From Pontiella sp. (lineage in GTDB: Bacteria; Verrucomicrobiota; Kiritimatiellia; Kiritimatiellales; Pontiellaceae), in assembly GCA_050290185.1 (NCBI GenBank), contig JBNKHE010000009.1, positions 135,031 to 199,030 of the forward strand: a stretch of DNA of 64,000 bases, in the 5' to 3' direction. Shown here in pieces: positions 18,105 through 27,900 of this stretch. The number at the start of each line of letters is the position of its first letter. Position 1 is the first letter of the stretch. The notes below the pieces were generated by a model. The model was not told the DNA's origin. It saw nothing but the letters and a program-made list of their open reading frames with translations, and made no database searches. Made by a program: the position numbers and the translations under genes.

Positions 18105-21100
18105 ATGAATATTTGTATGGAATCGGGTTTGTTTAACAGGTGCAGGTTCAATAAGAGCGTCTGTGCGCTAATGCTGGGCATGCTGTTTGCGGGTGAGACC
18201 GCCTGGAGCTATCCCTACGACGATTCACTCGAAGATTTGCCCGCTTCGGCCGAACAACATGGATACGAGAGCCGCACCGAGGGCGTGGTTAATACCTACA
18301 ACATCCCGGTGAGCAACTACCCTCCAGTCGTCCAATTCAATTCGATCCGAGGCGGCAGGGGGGGGAATGCCAAAGTCAGCCCGGATGTGGGGCAGGATTT
18401 TGAATCGTGGGGCGGGAAGGGCGCGAATGTCACGGCGGAGTTCGTGATCGATCCCTACGCGGACGAGGCATTGCGTCCCGGCGGCGAGCTGCGCTTCATC
18501 CTCGGAAGCAAGGGCGAAAGACGCTTCAGAAACGACGCGGCCGGCGGCGGGGGCGGCGGCGGGACGGCGGTGCTCTACCGGCCGCCGGAAGAAGGTGCCG
18601 AATGGATCATCCTAGCGGTCGCCGGTGGTGGCGGTGGTGCGGGAGGCGCCGCTATCCCTTCTGACTATTCTCGTGATGGCTATGATGCCGAGACCGGCAC
18701 GGCAGGTGGCGATGGTCGTTCCCATAGCGATTCCGGCGGAACCAATGGAGGGAGTGGAACTGGATTGACTAGCGGCGATGCGATTTTCGTAGGCGGCGGA
18801 GGCGGGGCCTTCGGCGGGGGCAGCGACGGCCCTTACGGCGAGAAGGGGGGAAGCTCCGGTGGTGCCGGGGGATCCCGCAGTGCGGACGGTGGCTTCGGCT
18901 TCGGTGGCGGTGGCGCAGGCGACGCACGGTCCGCCACACTTTATCATGACCCCGATGGCTATGGCGGTGGGGGCGGCGGTTACTCGGGAGGCGGTGCCGC
19001 GGATAGCGGCGGTGGGGGCGGGGGCGGCAGCTTCCTGCACGCTTGGGCCATCGACGGTTCGATCAGCGTTCCGTCAAGCTCCGCCTTCGACAACGGATTC
19101 GTCAACTTCACTGCTTTGCCTGACGTTGGCTCAGGTTCCCTGCCCGGTCCGGTGATCGAGCTCTACGGCGATGCGACCTCGATCACAATAAACGACTACG
19201 ATATTTCGGACTACACGGATTTCACCGTCACCGCCGAGGATGTTTATGGAAACACCGCCAGCGTGCAGTCCACCCTCCCTAACTTCAACGGCGCGGGCAC
19301 CTACACCGCGAGCTTCACCGCCACCGACCAGTTTGGAACGCAAACCAGCGTGACGCAGACGATCGAGGTGAGCTACAACAAGCCGACCTTCGCGATCCAG
19401 GGCGACGTTACAGCCGATGAAGACTCCGGCGAATACTCGGATTACGGCTTCGCTTATGATTTCAATGCCAACGATGAGGGCCAGTCGCTGGATTCCTATG
19501 AAGTGACCAACGACAACAACGCACTTTTCGCCACGCAACCCGCCGTCAACAACAGCGGAAGTCTGACCTTTACCCCCGCCGACAATGCCCACGGATCGGC
19601 AGTCGTGACGATTGTTGCAATCGATAATCCGGATGATCCAACCAATGGAACGTCGGAGCCGGTGACGTTCACCATCACGGTCAACAGCGTGGATGATCCG
19701 CCAACCGGCTTTTCTCTCTCGGCCACTTCCATCAATGAGAACCTGACCGTGGTCGGCACGATCTCGGCCACCGATCCTTTTGGAGGTACAGTCAGCTATG
19801 CCATCACTGGAGGGGGGGACAGGGAATTATTCTCCCTGGATGCTGAAAGCGGCGAGCTTTCATTCATCTCAGCACCCGATTACGAGTTGCCGAAAGATTT
19901 CGACCATAACAATAGTTTTTGGATTCGGGTCACCGTGACCGGCAGCGATGGTTCGAAAGACAGGGGTTATCAGTTGTTCGTGCTCGACGTGGCGGGGCCG
20001 TCCGATCTGGGTATCTCCAGCCAGATGATCGCGGAAAACACCTCCGTGGTCGGAACCGTCAGTGCAACGAACAACCCCAATGGCGATGCGCTGGCCTATG
20101 CCCTGGCGGGCGGTGCCGACGAAGCGTTTTTCCAGATCGATTCCGCTTCGGGCGCGCTGTCGTTTAGCAACGCGCCGAACTACGAGGTGCCGTTCGACGC
20201 CGACAGCAACAACACCTATGTCGTCATGGTTCAGGCGACCGGCGAGGAAGGATCCGCAACCAATACCTTCGAAATCGGGGTAACGGACGCCAACGACGCC
20301 CCGACAGAACCCGTGCTCGACAGCAAGTATTGCTATGAGAACACCACCTATGTCGGTACGGCTTCGTCCACCGATGAAGATAGCGATACGCTCGAATACC
20401 AGATCGTGGGTGGCTACGACCAGGATCTGTTCCTGATCGATCCGGCCTCGGGCGCCATTTCCTTCATCAACCCGCCGGACTACGAGAATCCGTTGGACCA
20501 TAACGGCGACAACAAATACAAGCTTCAGGTTCGCGCCACGGATGGAACCGCCGATTCAACCTTCGCGCACTTCACCATCATTGTCGTGGATGTGGATGAG
20601 GTGCCGGGCATCGGTATCACGACCACCAACCAGACCGTGGCATATGGCGTGACGGAGATCTCGATCATCGGAACCAACAATGAATGGGTCGTCGGAAACC
20701 TGGTTTGGAGCAACGCCTTGACCACATCCAGCGGCACGGTGGCGGTTTCGGGAACCAGCTTCTCGATTCCCTCCATTGCGCTCGATAGGGGCACAAACGT
20801 GATTACCGTCACCGGTACCAATTCGGTGGGATCTTCGGCAAGCGATTCAGTGACCATCGTTCGCGAATCGACTCCGATCTATGACGGCGTGATCTATGTG
20901 AATGCGAGTACACCGTCGACTGCCAATGATCAGGACGGAACCTCCTGGAGCACGGCCTTCGAAGATCTTCAGGATGCACTGGCCGTTGCGACGACACAGG
21001 AAATCTGGGTGGCCGCGGGCATCTATTATCCCGACGAAGCGGCGGCGGGATTTGCCGGCGTGACGGACGGAGACACCAGTTTGCTGTTTGAATTACCGGA

Positions 21101-22427
21101 CGATGCCCCGGTCTACGGGGGATTTGCTGGGACGGAATCCAGCCGGGGCGAACGCGATCCGGCCTCCAACATCACCGTGTTGAGCGGTGATATCGACCAG
21201 AACGATACAACCGACGGTTTCGGGGTGCTTCCATCCGCGGATGGAAATATGGTCGGCACGAACTCGGCTGTTGTAGTACAGGGTTCTTCGGACCTGAGCT
21301 CGCTGCTGGACGGCTTTACGATTACCGGCGGAGATGGCGGCCCGGCTCCCATAACGAGTGGAGGTCGCTACCGGAACTGCATCGTCCAGGGAAACTATGG
21401 AACCTACAGCGGGGGTCGCTTGGGACTGGGCGAACCGCTGTCGCTGGAAGAATGCGACTTCATCAACAATGTGGGCGACGGCGTGGGGGCCGTGGATGTG
21501 TACAGTGCTACGGACATCACCATCGTTTCCTGCCGTTTCCTAGGTAACCGTTCGATAAATAACAGCTCGCATTCGGCCGGAGCCCTGATACTTGGAGCCC
21601 AGGATATTGGATTGACCAATTGTCTGTTCTCGGGCAACAGCGGGGCACTTAACGGGGCCATCCGGTTCCGGCAAAGCGGCTCGCTTCAACTGGTCAACTG
21701 CACGGTTGTCGGAAACTCCGCCAGCGATACCAACGCGACCGTTAGCGGGGCCGGTGGATTGTCCGCTGACACGAATGCCGCCGTTTCGGTCTATAACTCG
21801 ATCATCTGGAACAACAGCGCGCCGGAAAACGACAATGCCTTCGGTATCGATGCGCAGGTGGCCAGTCTGGTTGGCGGCGGAAGTACGGCCGATGGCAATC
21901 TGGACGAGGATCCGGTGTTTGCGGACAACGACCATCGTCTGGATTTCACTTCGCCCTGCATCAACGCCGGAAGCAATGCGTTGGTTAACGTTTCGACCGA
22001 TCTCGACGGCAACGCCCGCATCTACGACAGCATCGTCGACATGGGCTGCTACGAAGCAATCGACGACGGCGCGGACTCCGACGGCGACACCCTGACCGAC
22101 TACGCCGAAGGCGTGCACTATGGCTCCGACCCCGCTCTGGCCGACACCGACGGCGACGGCTCCAACGACGGCGACGAAGCCTTCATCGGCTCCGACCTGC
22201 TGTCGGCATCTTCCGTCTTCAGGTCCGCCATTCAGAACATCGGCTCCGGCAACGTGCAAATCAGCTGGCCACAGTTTAATTCCGGCCTTCGCTACACGCT
22301 GACAGGATGCACCAATCTCGTGGAAGGAAGTTGGTTCTATGTCGGTTCCACCACATCGAGCAACCTGACCGATGCCGTTGACGGCGACAGTGTCTTTTAC
22401 CGGGTCGAGGTGAGCGAAAACAAATAG
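18105..22427 (+). CDS. Secreted Gly-rich, cadherin-repeat and beta-helix protein with C-terminal module
   Basis: Start moved to ATG 18105 (AAGGAG at 18091); VAGGGGG Gly-rich domain; cadherin units PDYE/PNYE; DGTSWSTAFEDLQDAL beta-helix cap; DLDGNARI...DMGCYE; FYRVEV terminus. Confidence 0.85.
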   Translation: MNICMESGLFNRCRFNKSVCALMLGMLFAGETAWSYPYDDSLEDLPASAEQHGYESRTEGVVNTYNIPVSNYPPVVQFNSIRGGRGGNAKVSPDVGQDFESWGGKGANVTAEFVIDPYADEALRPGGELRFILGSKGERRFRNDAAGGGGGGGTAVLYRPPEEGAEWIILAVAGGGGGAGGAAIPSDYSRDGYDAETGTAGGDGRSHSDSGGTNGGSGTGLTSGDAIFVGGGGGAFGGGSDGPYGEKGGSSGGAGGSRSADGGFGFGGGGAGDARSATLYHDPDGYGGGGGGYSGGGAADSGGGGGGGSFLHAWAIDGSISVPSSSAFDNGFVNFTALPDVGSGSLPGPVIELYGDATSITINDYDISDYTDFTVTAEDVYGNTASVQSTLPNFNGAGTYTASFTATDQFGTQTSVTQTIEVSYNKPTFAIQGDVTADEDSGEYSDYGFAYDFNANDEGQSLDSYEVTNDNNALFATQPAVNNSGSLTFTPADNAHGSAVVTIVAIDNPDDPTNGTSEPVTFTITVNSVDDPPTGFSLSATSINENLTVVGTISATDPFGGTVSYAITGGGDRELFSLDAESGELSFISAPDYELPKDFDHNNSFWIRVTVTGSDGSKDRGYQLFVLDVAGPSDLGISSQMIAENTSVVGTVSATNNPNGDALAYALAGGADEAFFQIDSASGALSFSNAPNYEVPFDADSNNTYVVMVQATGEEGSATNTFEIGVTDANDAPTEPVLDSKYCYENTTYVGTASSTDEDSDTLEYQIVGGYDQDLFLIDPASGAISFINPPDYENPLDHNGDNKYKLQVRATDGTADSTFAHFTIIVVDVDEVPGIGITTTNQTVAYGVTEISIIGTNNEWVVGNLVWSNALTTSSGTVAVSGTSFSIPSIALDRGTNVITVTGTNSVGSSASDSVTIVRESTPIYDGVIYVNASTPSTANDQDGTSWSTAFEDLQDALAVATTQEIWVAAGIYYPDEAAAGFAGVTDGDTSLLFELPDDAPVYGGFAGTESSRGERDPASNITVLSGDIDQNDTTDGFGVLPSADGNMVGTNSAVVVQGSSDLSSLLDGFTITGGDGGPAPITSGGRYRNCIVQGNYGTYSGGRLGLGEPLSLEECDFINNVGDGVGAVDVYSATDITIVSCRFLGNRSINNSSHSAGALILGAQDIGLTNCLFSGNSGALNGAIRFRQSGSLQLVNCTVVGNSASDTNATVSGAGGLSADTNAAVSVYNSIIWNNSAPENDNAFGIDAQVASLVGGGSTADGNLDEDPVFADNDHRLDFTSPCINAGSNALVNVSTDLDGNARIYDSIVDMGCYEAIDDGADSDGDTLTDYAEGVHYGSDPALADTDGDGSNDGDEAFIGSDLLSASSVFRSAIQNIGSGNVQISWPQFNSGLRYTLTGCTNLVEGSWFYVGSTTSSNLTDAVDGDSVFYRVEVSENK

Positions 22428-22430
22428 GGA

Positions 22431-22525
22431 GGATTCCGGTCGTTGGGTCATCACCTCGCAGAGACGCGGAGAGCGCAGAGCAACTTCTGTGTATGAATCT
22501 TTGCGCCCTCCGCGCCTCTGCGAGG
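22431..22525. repeat. Palindromic element with conserved left flank
   Basis: GGATTCCGGTCGTTGGGTCATCACCTCGCAGAGACGCGGAGAGCGCAGAG...CTTTGCGCCCTCCGCGCCTCTGCGAGG; the left part is near-identical to 49300-49354. Confidence 0.85.
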
Positions 22526-22567
22526 AATATAGACACGCCTATTTGTTCATTCGTGGTCGTGGAACTT

Positions 22568-24070
22568 CTAGCTGTTCAACGGTAGCCGAATCGTGAATCT
22601 GGTTTCCACGCGAGGGGTGCTTGCTACGGAAAGGGTGCCGCCGTGGGCGGTAACGATGGCGTGGCAGATGGCGAGGCCGAGGCCGATGTTGGTGTGGTTC
22701 CGGTTTTTCCGGGCCGTGTGATCGTGGAAAAACCGGTCGAACAGTTTGTCGAGGTTGTCGCTCTTGATCCCTGTTCCGTTGTCGATCACTTCGATAACGG
22801 CGGCGTCGGGTTCCTGCCGTGTTCGCAGGACGATTTCGACGGGATCGGGGTTGTGCTGCAACGCGTTGTTTACGAGGTTGGTGATCACCTGCTCCATGCG
22901 GAAGGGATCGCAATAAACCCGCTTTCCGCGCAGCTCCGTTTTCAACTGACCGCCCTGTGCCGTAACATGGGGCTGCAGATCATCGGCCAGACTTTGGATC
23001 AGGGCATCCAGCGGCAGGTCTTCGCATTCCAGTTTGCACATACCGGAATCGTAGCGTGACAGGTCGAGCAGATCGGTCACGATACGGTTGAGCTTTTCCG
23101 CCGAACGTTGGCAGCTTTCCAGGGTTTCCCGGTATTCCCCGGGTGTCCGTTCCTTTTTCAGTCCGAGGGCAATCCTGCCGATGAGTGCCGTCAGGGGATT
23201 TTTCAGTTCGTGCGAGGCATCGGCGGTGAAGCGGACCTGCTGTGCGAACAGCGACTCCAGTTTCGCAAAGTTTTCATTCAGATGCCGGGTCAGCTGGGTC
23301 AGCTCGAGGGTGTTGCCTCGTTTGGTTTTCGGAATGCGGCGGTCCAGCTTGCCGGCGGCAATTTCCTCCGTGGTCCGATAGATCGGTTTCAGGGGTCTGA
23401 GTGAATAGCCGACCAGAATCCCGCCGGTCGTGGTGCCGATCAGGAAGATCAGGAAACACACGCCGGCGATTTCCCATTTCAGCAGGGCCATTTCCTTGTT
23501 CAGTTCCTGTAGGTCGAACCCTACAACGGTCTGTTCCCTCGGATTGATGTTGAGCATTTCACGGAATCGGCCGCTGCGCGTACGCGCCCAGTAGCCTTCC
23601 GAATTGTTTGGTGGCGGCTGTAGGTCGGGGGCTGTGGTGGATTTGTAAAGGAGTGTCCGGTCAAACCGGTCCCAGACCAAGACGTAGAATCCGAGATAGG
23701 CATACTTCGTCTCGGCCAGATCAGAGGGTTTGATCCATGGTTCCGGTTGGTTTGGATCGGATTGTTGGCCGGGCGGAGCAAGCTGCGACAGCCTGCTCCA
23801 TCCTTCAGGTAGACGGTCGTGATCATCCTGGTCGAACGGTCTTGAGTGGCGGGGGGGGCGTCCGGGAGGGGGGCCTCCCGGCGGCCCCTCATGGTGTTGC
23901 TCCTCCACTTGGTGCACGATAGGATGAATGGTCGAATTGAGAACGAAATCGTATTCGGTTAGACGGTGGAACCGCTCGTTGTAATAATAACCGATCCCCA
24001 CGACCGTTAGCACGGCGGCGAGTACCGCCGCATGCCAGAGCTGGATTTTCCATTTGAGAGAGAGGTTCAT
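22568..24070 (-). CDS. Membrane sensor histidine kinase 2 (HAMP-HisKA-HATPase)
   Basis: Start MNLSLKWKIQLWH; His/Pro-rich periplasmic stretch HHEGPPGGPPPGRPP; ADASHELKNP, NLVNNA, DNGTGI, GLGL. Confidence 0.92.
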   Translation of the reverse strand: MNLSLKWKIQLWHAAVLAAVLTVVGIGYYYNERFHRLTEYDFVLNSTIHPIVHQVEEQHHEGPPGGPPPGRPPRHSRPFDQDDHDRLPEGWSRLSQLAPPGQQSDPNQPEPWIKPSDLAETKYAYLGFYVLVWDRFDRTLLYKSTTAPDLQPPPNNSEGYWARTRSGRFREMLNINPREQTVVGFDLQELNKEMALLKWEIAGVCFLIFLIGTTTGGILVGYSLRPLKPIYRTTEEIAAGKLDRRIPKTKRGNTLELTQLTRHLNENFAKLESLFAQQVRFTADASHELKNPLTALIGRIALGLKKERTPGEYRETLESCQRSAEKLNRIVTDLLDLSRYDSGMCKLECEDLPLDALIQSLADDLQPHVTAQGGQLKTELRGKRVYCDPFRMEQVITNLVNNALQHNPDPVEIVLRTRQEPDAAVIEVIDNGTGIKSDNLDKLFDRFFHDHTARKNRNHTNIGLGLAICHAIVTAHGGTLSVASTPRVETRFTIRLPLNS

Positions 24071-24088
24071 TTCGCTTTGCCTCATGAA

Positions 24089-24178
24089 GGCACTGGGCAT
24101 TAGGCACTAGGCATCAGTAACAACCTGTCCAGACCTGCACCTGTTTCTTTCTCCACTATTGCCTCTTGCCTGCATTCC
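24089..24178. repeat. Heptamer tandem repeats in inverted arrangement
   Basis: GGCACTG-GGCATTA-GGCACTA-GGCATCA ... TATTGCC-TCTTGCC, between the regulator and kinase genes. Confidence 0.6.
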
Positions 24179-24843
24179 TACGCTCCTCGGGCCGTAGGAA
24201 TGATATACCCCTGTCCTCTGCGATTCTGCAGGAATTCTTTGCCCAGTTTTTTACGAATATTGTAGATGTGCACATCGAGCACGTTGGAAAACTCCTCCTC
24301 GTCTTCAATCGACAGGTTTTCGCAGAGCGTGGTGCGGCTGACCAGGGTTCCCGCCCGTCGCACCAGCACTTCAAGAATGCTGTATTGCGCCGGCGAAAGT
24401 TTTACCTCCTCCCCATCCTTAAATACCTGATGCGCCGCCGTATCAATGGTGACCCGTCCGATTTCAATTTCATTGCTGGCAATGCCCGTGGAGCGCCGTA
24501 CCAATGCGCGCACGCGGGCAATCAGCTCATTCGGATTAAATGGCTTAACCAGGTAGTCGTCCGCCCCGCCATCCAACCCACGGATCCGGTCATCCACCTC
24601 GCCCTTCGCCGTCAGCATCAGCACCGGGGTGGTTTTTTCCTTCCGCAGTTCGGAAAGCACCTGCCAGCCGTCCTTTTCCGGCAGTTGTATATCGAGCAGG
24701 ATTACATCAAATTCCCACTCAAGCGCCAGATAGAGCCCTTCCGCCCCGTTCTCGCTGGACTCGACGTTGCAGCCTACTTCGGCCAGCACCTGCACCACGG
24801 AATTGCGAACCTCAAAATCGTCCTCCACCACCAATATTTTCAT
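24178..24843 (-). CDS. OmpR/PhoB-family response regulator 2
   Basis: MKILVVEDD, LLDIQLP, LTAKG, KPF, NVLDVHIYNIRKKLG...RRGQGY. Confidence 0.95.
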   Translation of the reverse strand: MKILVVEDDFEVRNSVVQVLAEVGCNVESSENGAEGLYLALEWEFDVILLDIQLPEKDGWQVLSELRKEKTTPVLMLTAKGEVDDRIRGLDGGADDYLVKPFNPNELIARVRALVRRSTGIASNEIEIGRVTIDTAAHQVFKDGEEVKLSPAQYSILEVLVRRAGTLVSRTTLCENLSIEDEEEFSNVLDVHIYNIRKKLGKEFLQNRRGQGYIIPTARGA

Positions 24844-24902
24844 GCCGGCATTTATAAGCATTCCCCATCCATAACACAGGTACTATTAATAAAAACTTAA
24901 TG

Positions 24903-24976
24903 GCCTATAGGGCGCCGTATTAATTTGCGGTTCAGGAAGGCCGTTAAGATTTCATTCATACTGTATCTGCTAGAAC
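24903..24976. promoter_or_regulatory. Divergent promoter region with variant direct-repeat boxes
   Basis: Plus strand TTAA-GATTTCA-TTCA-TACTGTATC-TGCTAGAAC (24944-24976) has the same spacing as the other boxes; minus strand TGAA-CCGCAAA-TTAA faces regulator 2. Confidence 0.55.
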
Positions 24977-24983
24977 GCCCGGC

Positions 24984-27900
24984 ATGAAAACACTTCCTGT
25001 ATTGCTTATCAGCCTGGCCCTGTTGTCCTCCGCGACGGCTTCCACATTCACCGTAAACAACGCCGGCGACAACGGCTCCGGGTCGTTGCGGCAGGCGATT
25101 GAGGATCTCAATGCCGCTGGCGGAAACGGGCATACGATTACGTTCGATTCGAGCCTGGCCGGGCAGACGATTACCTGGTCGACCAACCCGCCGATCATTC
25201 AGGCGGGGGTGATTATCGACGGTTCGAACGCCACCAACCTGACCATCAGCGGCGGGGGTAGCAATCGCGTATTCTTCATCGATCTTCCGAACAGCAACGA
25301 TGCGGTAACGATTCAGGATCTGACCATCGCCGACGGTGCGGCAACGGGCGGTGCCGGCGGCGAAGGCGATAGATACTACGGAGCAGGCGGCGGTGGTGGA
25401 CTGGGCGCGGGTGGAGGGCTGTTTGTGAACAAGGGGGATGTGACGGCGACACGGGTTGTTTTCTCTGATAACCAGGCGGTCGGCGGATCCGGTGGTTCGT
25501 CAGTTCTTAGTAACAAGAAAGGCGGCGGCAGCGGAGGCGGGCTGGTTGGTAATGGCGGAGATGCAGGAGTGACTGGTGGCGGTGGTGGTGGCGGACTCGC
25601 TAATCCAGGCAGCAACGGCGGCAATCCGGCCGGCGGCGACGGCAGCGACGGCGCGCTTGGCGGTAGCGGATCGGGTGTGGCCGGCGCGGACGCGACAGTC
25701 GGCGGCGGCGGTGGTGGCGGCAGTGGTGCAAGCGGTGGCGACGGAGCGGATTTTGGTGGCGGCGGTGGTGCCGGTAGTAATTCATCCGATCCCGGCAGCG
25801 GCGGTTTTGGCGGCGGTGGAGGCGGGGCTGGTGAGAAAAAAGGCAACTATTCGTCCGGTGGCTTTGGGGGTGGCGGTGGCGGGGCCGGAGGTGGCATGCC
25901 TTCGTTCTCCTCACCTGGAGGGAGTGGTGGCGCCTATGGCGGTGATGGCGGTTATCATGAGTCCGATTTTAATTCAACGGGTGCCGGAGGCGGGGCAGCG
26001 CTGGGCGGGGCAATTTTCGTTCGTAGCTCCAACGGCGGCTCGCTTGTACTCGTGGACTGTAGCGAGTCAGGCTCGGCGGTTACCGGTGGCGTCGGCGGCA
26101 TTAGTCACGGCGAACCGAAGAGAAATGGGCAGGCCGGTCAGGCAGTGGCCAGCGGGATGTTCCTGCTGGGTTCGGATGCCGCGTTTGAGGTTTCCAGTGG
26201 ACAAACCAACACCTTTGCGGGCGATATTGTGGACTCGGCCTACAATGAAGACGGTTCGGCAGCGGAAACCCGCTACGGGGTTGTCAAGACTGGCGAGGGC
26301 ACGATGGTGCTTACCGGTACGAACCCCTATGAGGGGGGCACGACGATTGACGGCGGTGTGCTCAGCGTGACGGACGAGTCGGCGCTCGGCAGCGGCGGAA
26401 TCACGATCAGCAGTGGCGGTGCGCTGGAGGTCACCGGAAGCAGTGCGTCGATCGCGCAGGACGTGGTGAACGAGGGATCGGTGTTTGTGACGGGAACGAA
26501 CCAGCTAACGTTCAAGGGCGCTGTCAGCGGTTCGGGCAACTATCCGGGGGATGGTCAGGTCGACTTCGAGAACTACTTCTCCCCTGGTGGAGATGCCGAC
26601 AGTGCCACCATCGATTTTGGTGGAGATGTGACGTTTGACTCATCCTCAGTTCTTAGGTTCTTCATTGGCGGCGATCAGACCGGGCAATATGACTCCGTGT
26701 CGGTTGAGGGAGATTTGCAGCTCGGTGGCTATCTCTTTGCACTGCCTCTCGGTGCTTTCAAAGCTGCTCCCGGCGACGCTTTCGTGCTTTGCAATGTGGG
26801 CGGAACGCTCTCTGGGACGTTTTCGGGAGTAATCTTACCCGCGGACTCTCAGGCCTGGTACACCGACTATGACACCATGGGCGGACGGGTCATCGTGGGT
26901 GTTGAGCCGCGTTTGCCCGAAATTGCAGTCGAGCAACCGGCGGGCACGGACATCGTCGACGGCGGGGCGAAGGATTTCGGCACGGTGCAGACCGGAAACG
27001 TCGAACGCCTAACGTTTACAATCCGCAACACGGGCGTTGGTGACCTGACGGGACTCGATATCACCATCGACGGCGCCGATGCGTCCTCGTTCAGTGTGAC
27101 GACTGCTCCGATGACGTCCGTTGCACGAAGCGGCAGCACAACGTTTGTCGTGGAATTCGCGCCCGAGAGCTTCGGTATCAAGACAGCAGCTCTTCATATC
27201 GCCAGTAATGACAGCGACGAAAATCCCTTCGAGATTGCATTGTCCGGTCTGGGAGCGTTGCCATCCTATGACAATGCGCCCATAGACTTTCATGTTGCAT
27301 CCGTCATTGGAACCAACGTCTCGCTGGAATGGAACCCGGGTTCGAGTTTCTACATTATCGAACGGAGCACCAACCTGATCGACGGAACCTGGGCATACGT
27401 GAGCGACGTACTGTTGACCAACGCCATCGCCTTGACTAATGAAGCACCGCACGTGTTCTATCGCATCAGTCAGGTTCTGCCCCTTGTCTTTTCCGATCCG
27501 CAGCTTGAGGCGGCCGTGTGGAGCGGCATTTCCTCCAAGTACGCGCCGAGCACCTGGCTTTTCGATGTTGATGTGGAAGGGGTGGAGGTGCTGGATGTTT
27601 CATCCCGATCCGTATCAAACATGACGGGCGTGTCCTCACTGCATGACCTGACCGGACTCTTCTGCGGCGGCAACAGTTTCCCGAGTCTGGAACTGACCGA
27701 TCAACCGGATCTGCAGAATCTCTTATGCCAGAATGGAACGATGACGGAGCTGACGCTTTCCGGTTGCCCGGGCCTGAGCGTGCTGCACTGCGAAAACAAT
27801 ACCCTGTCGGAGCTGGACTTGACCGCCTGTACAAACCTGTCATGGGTTTCCTGTGAGAACAACAGCCTCACGAATCTTGACCTTACCACGCATCAGGCCC

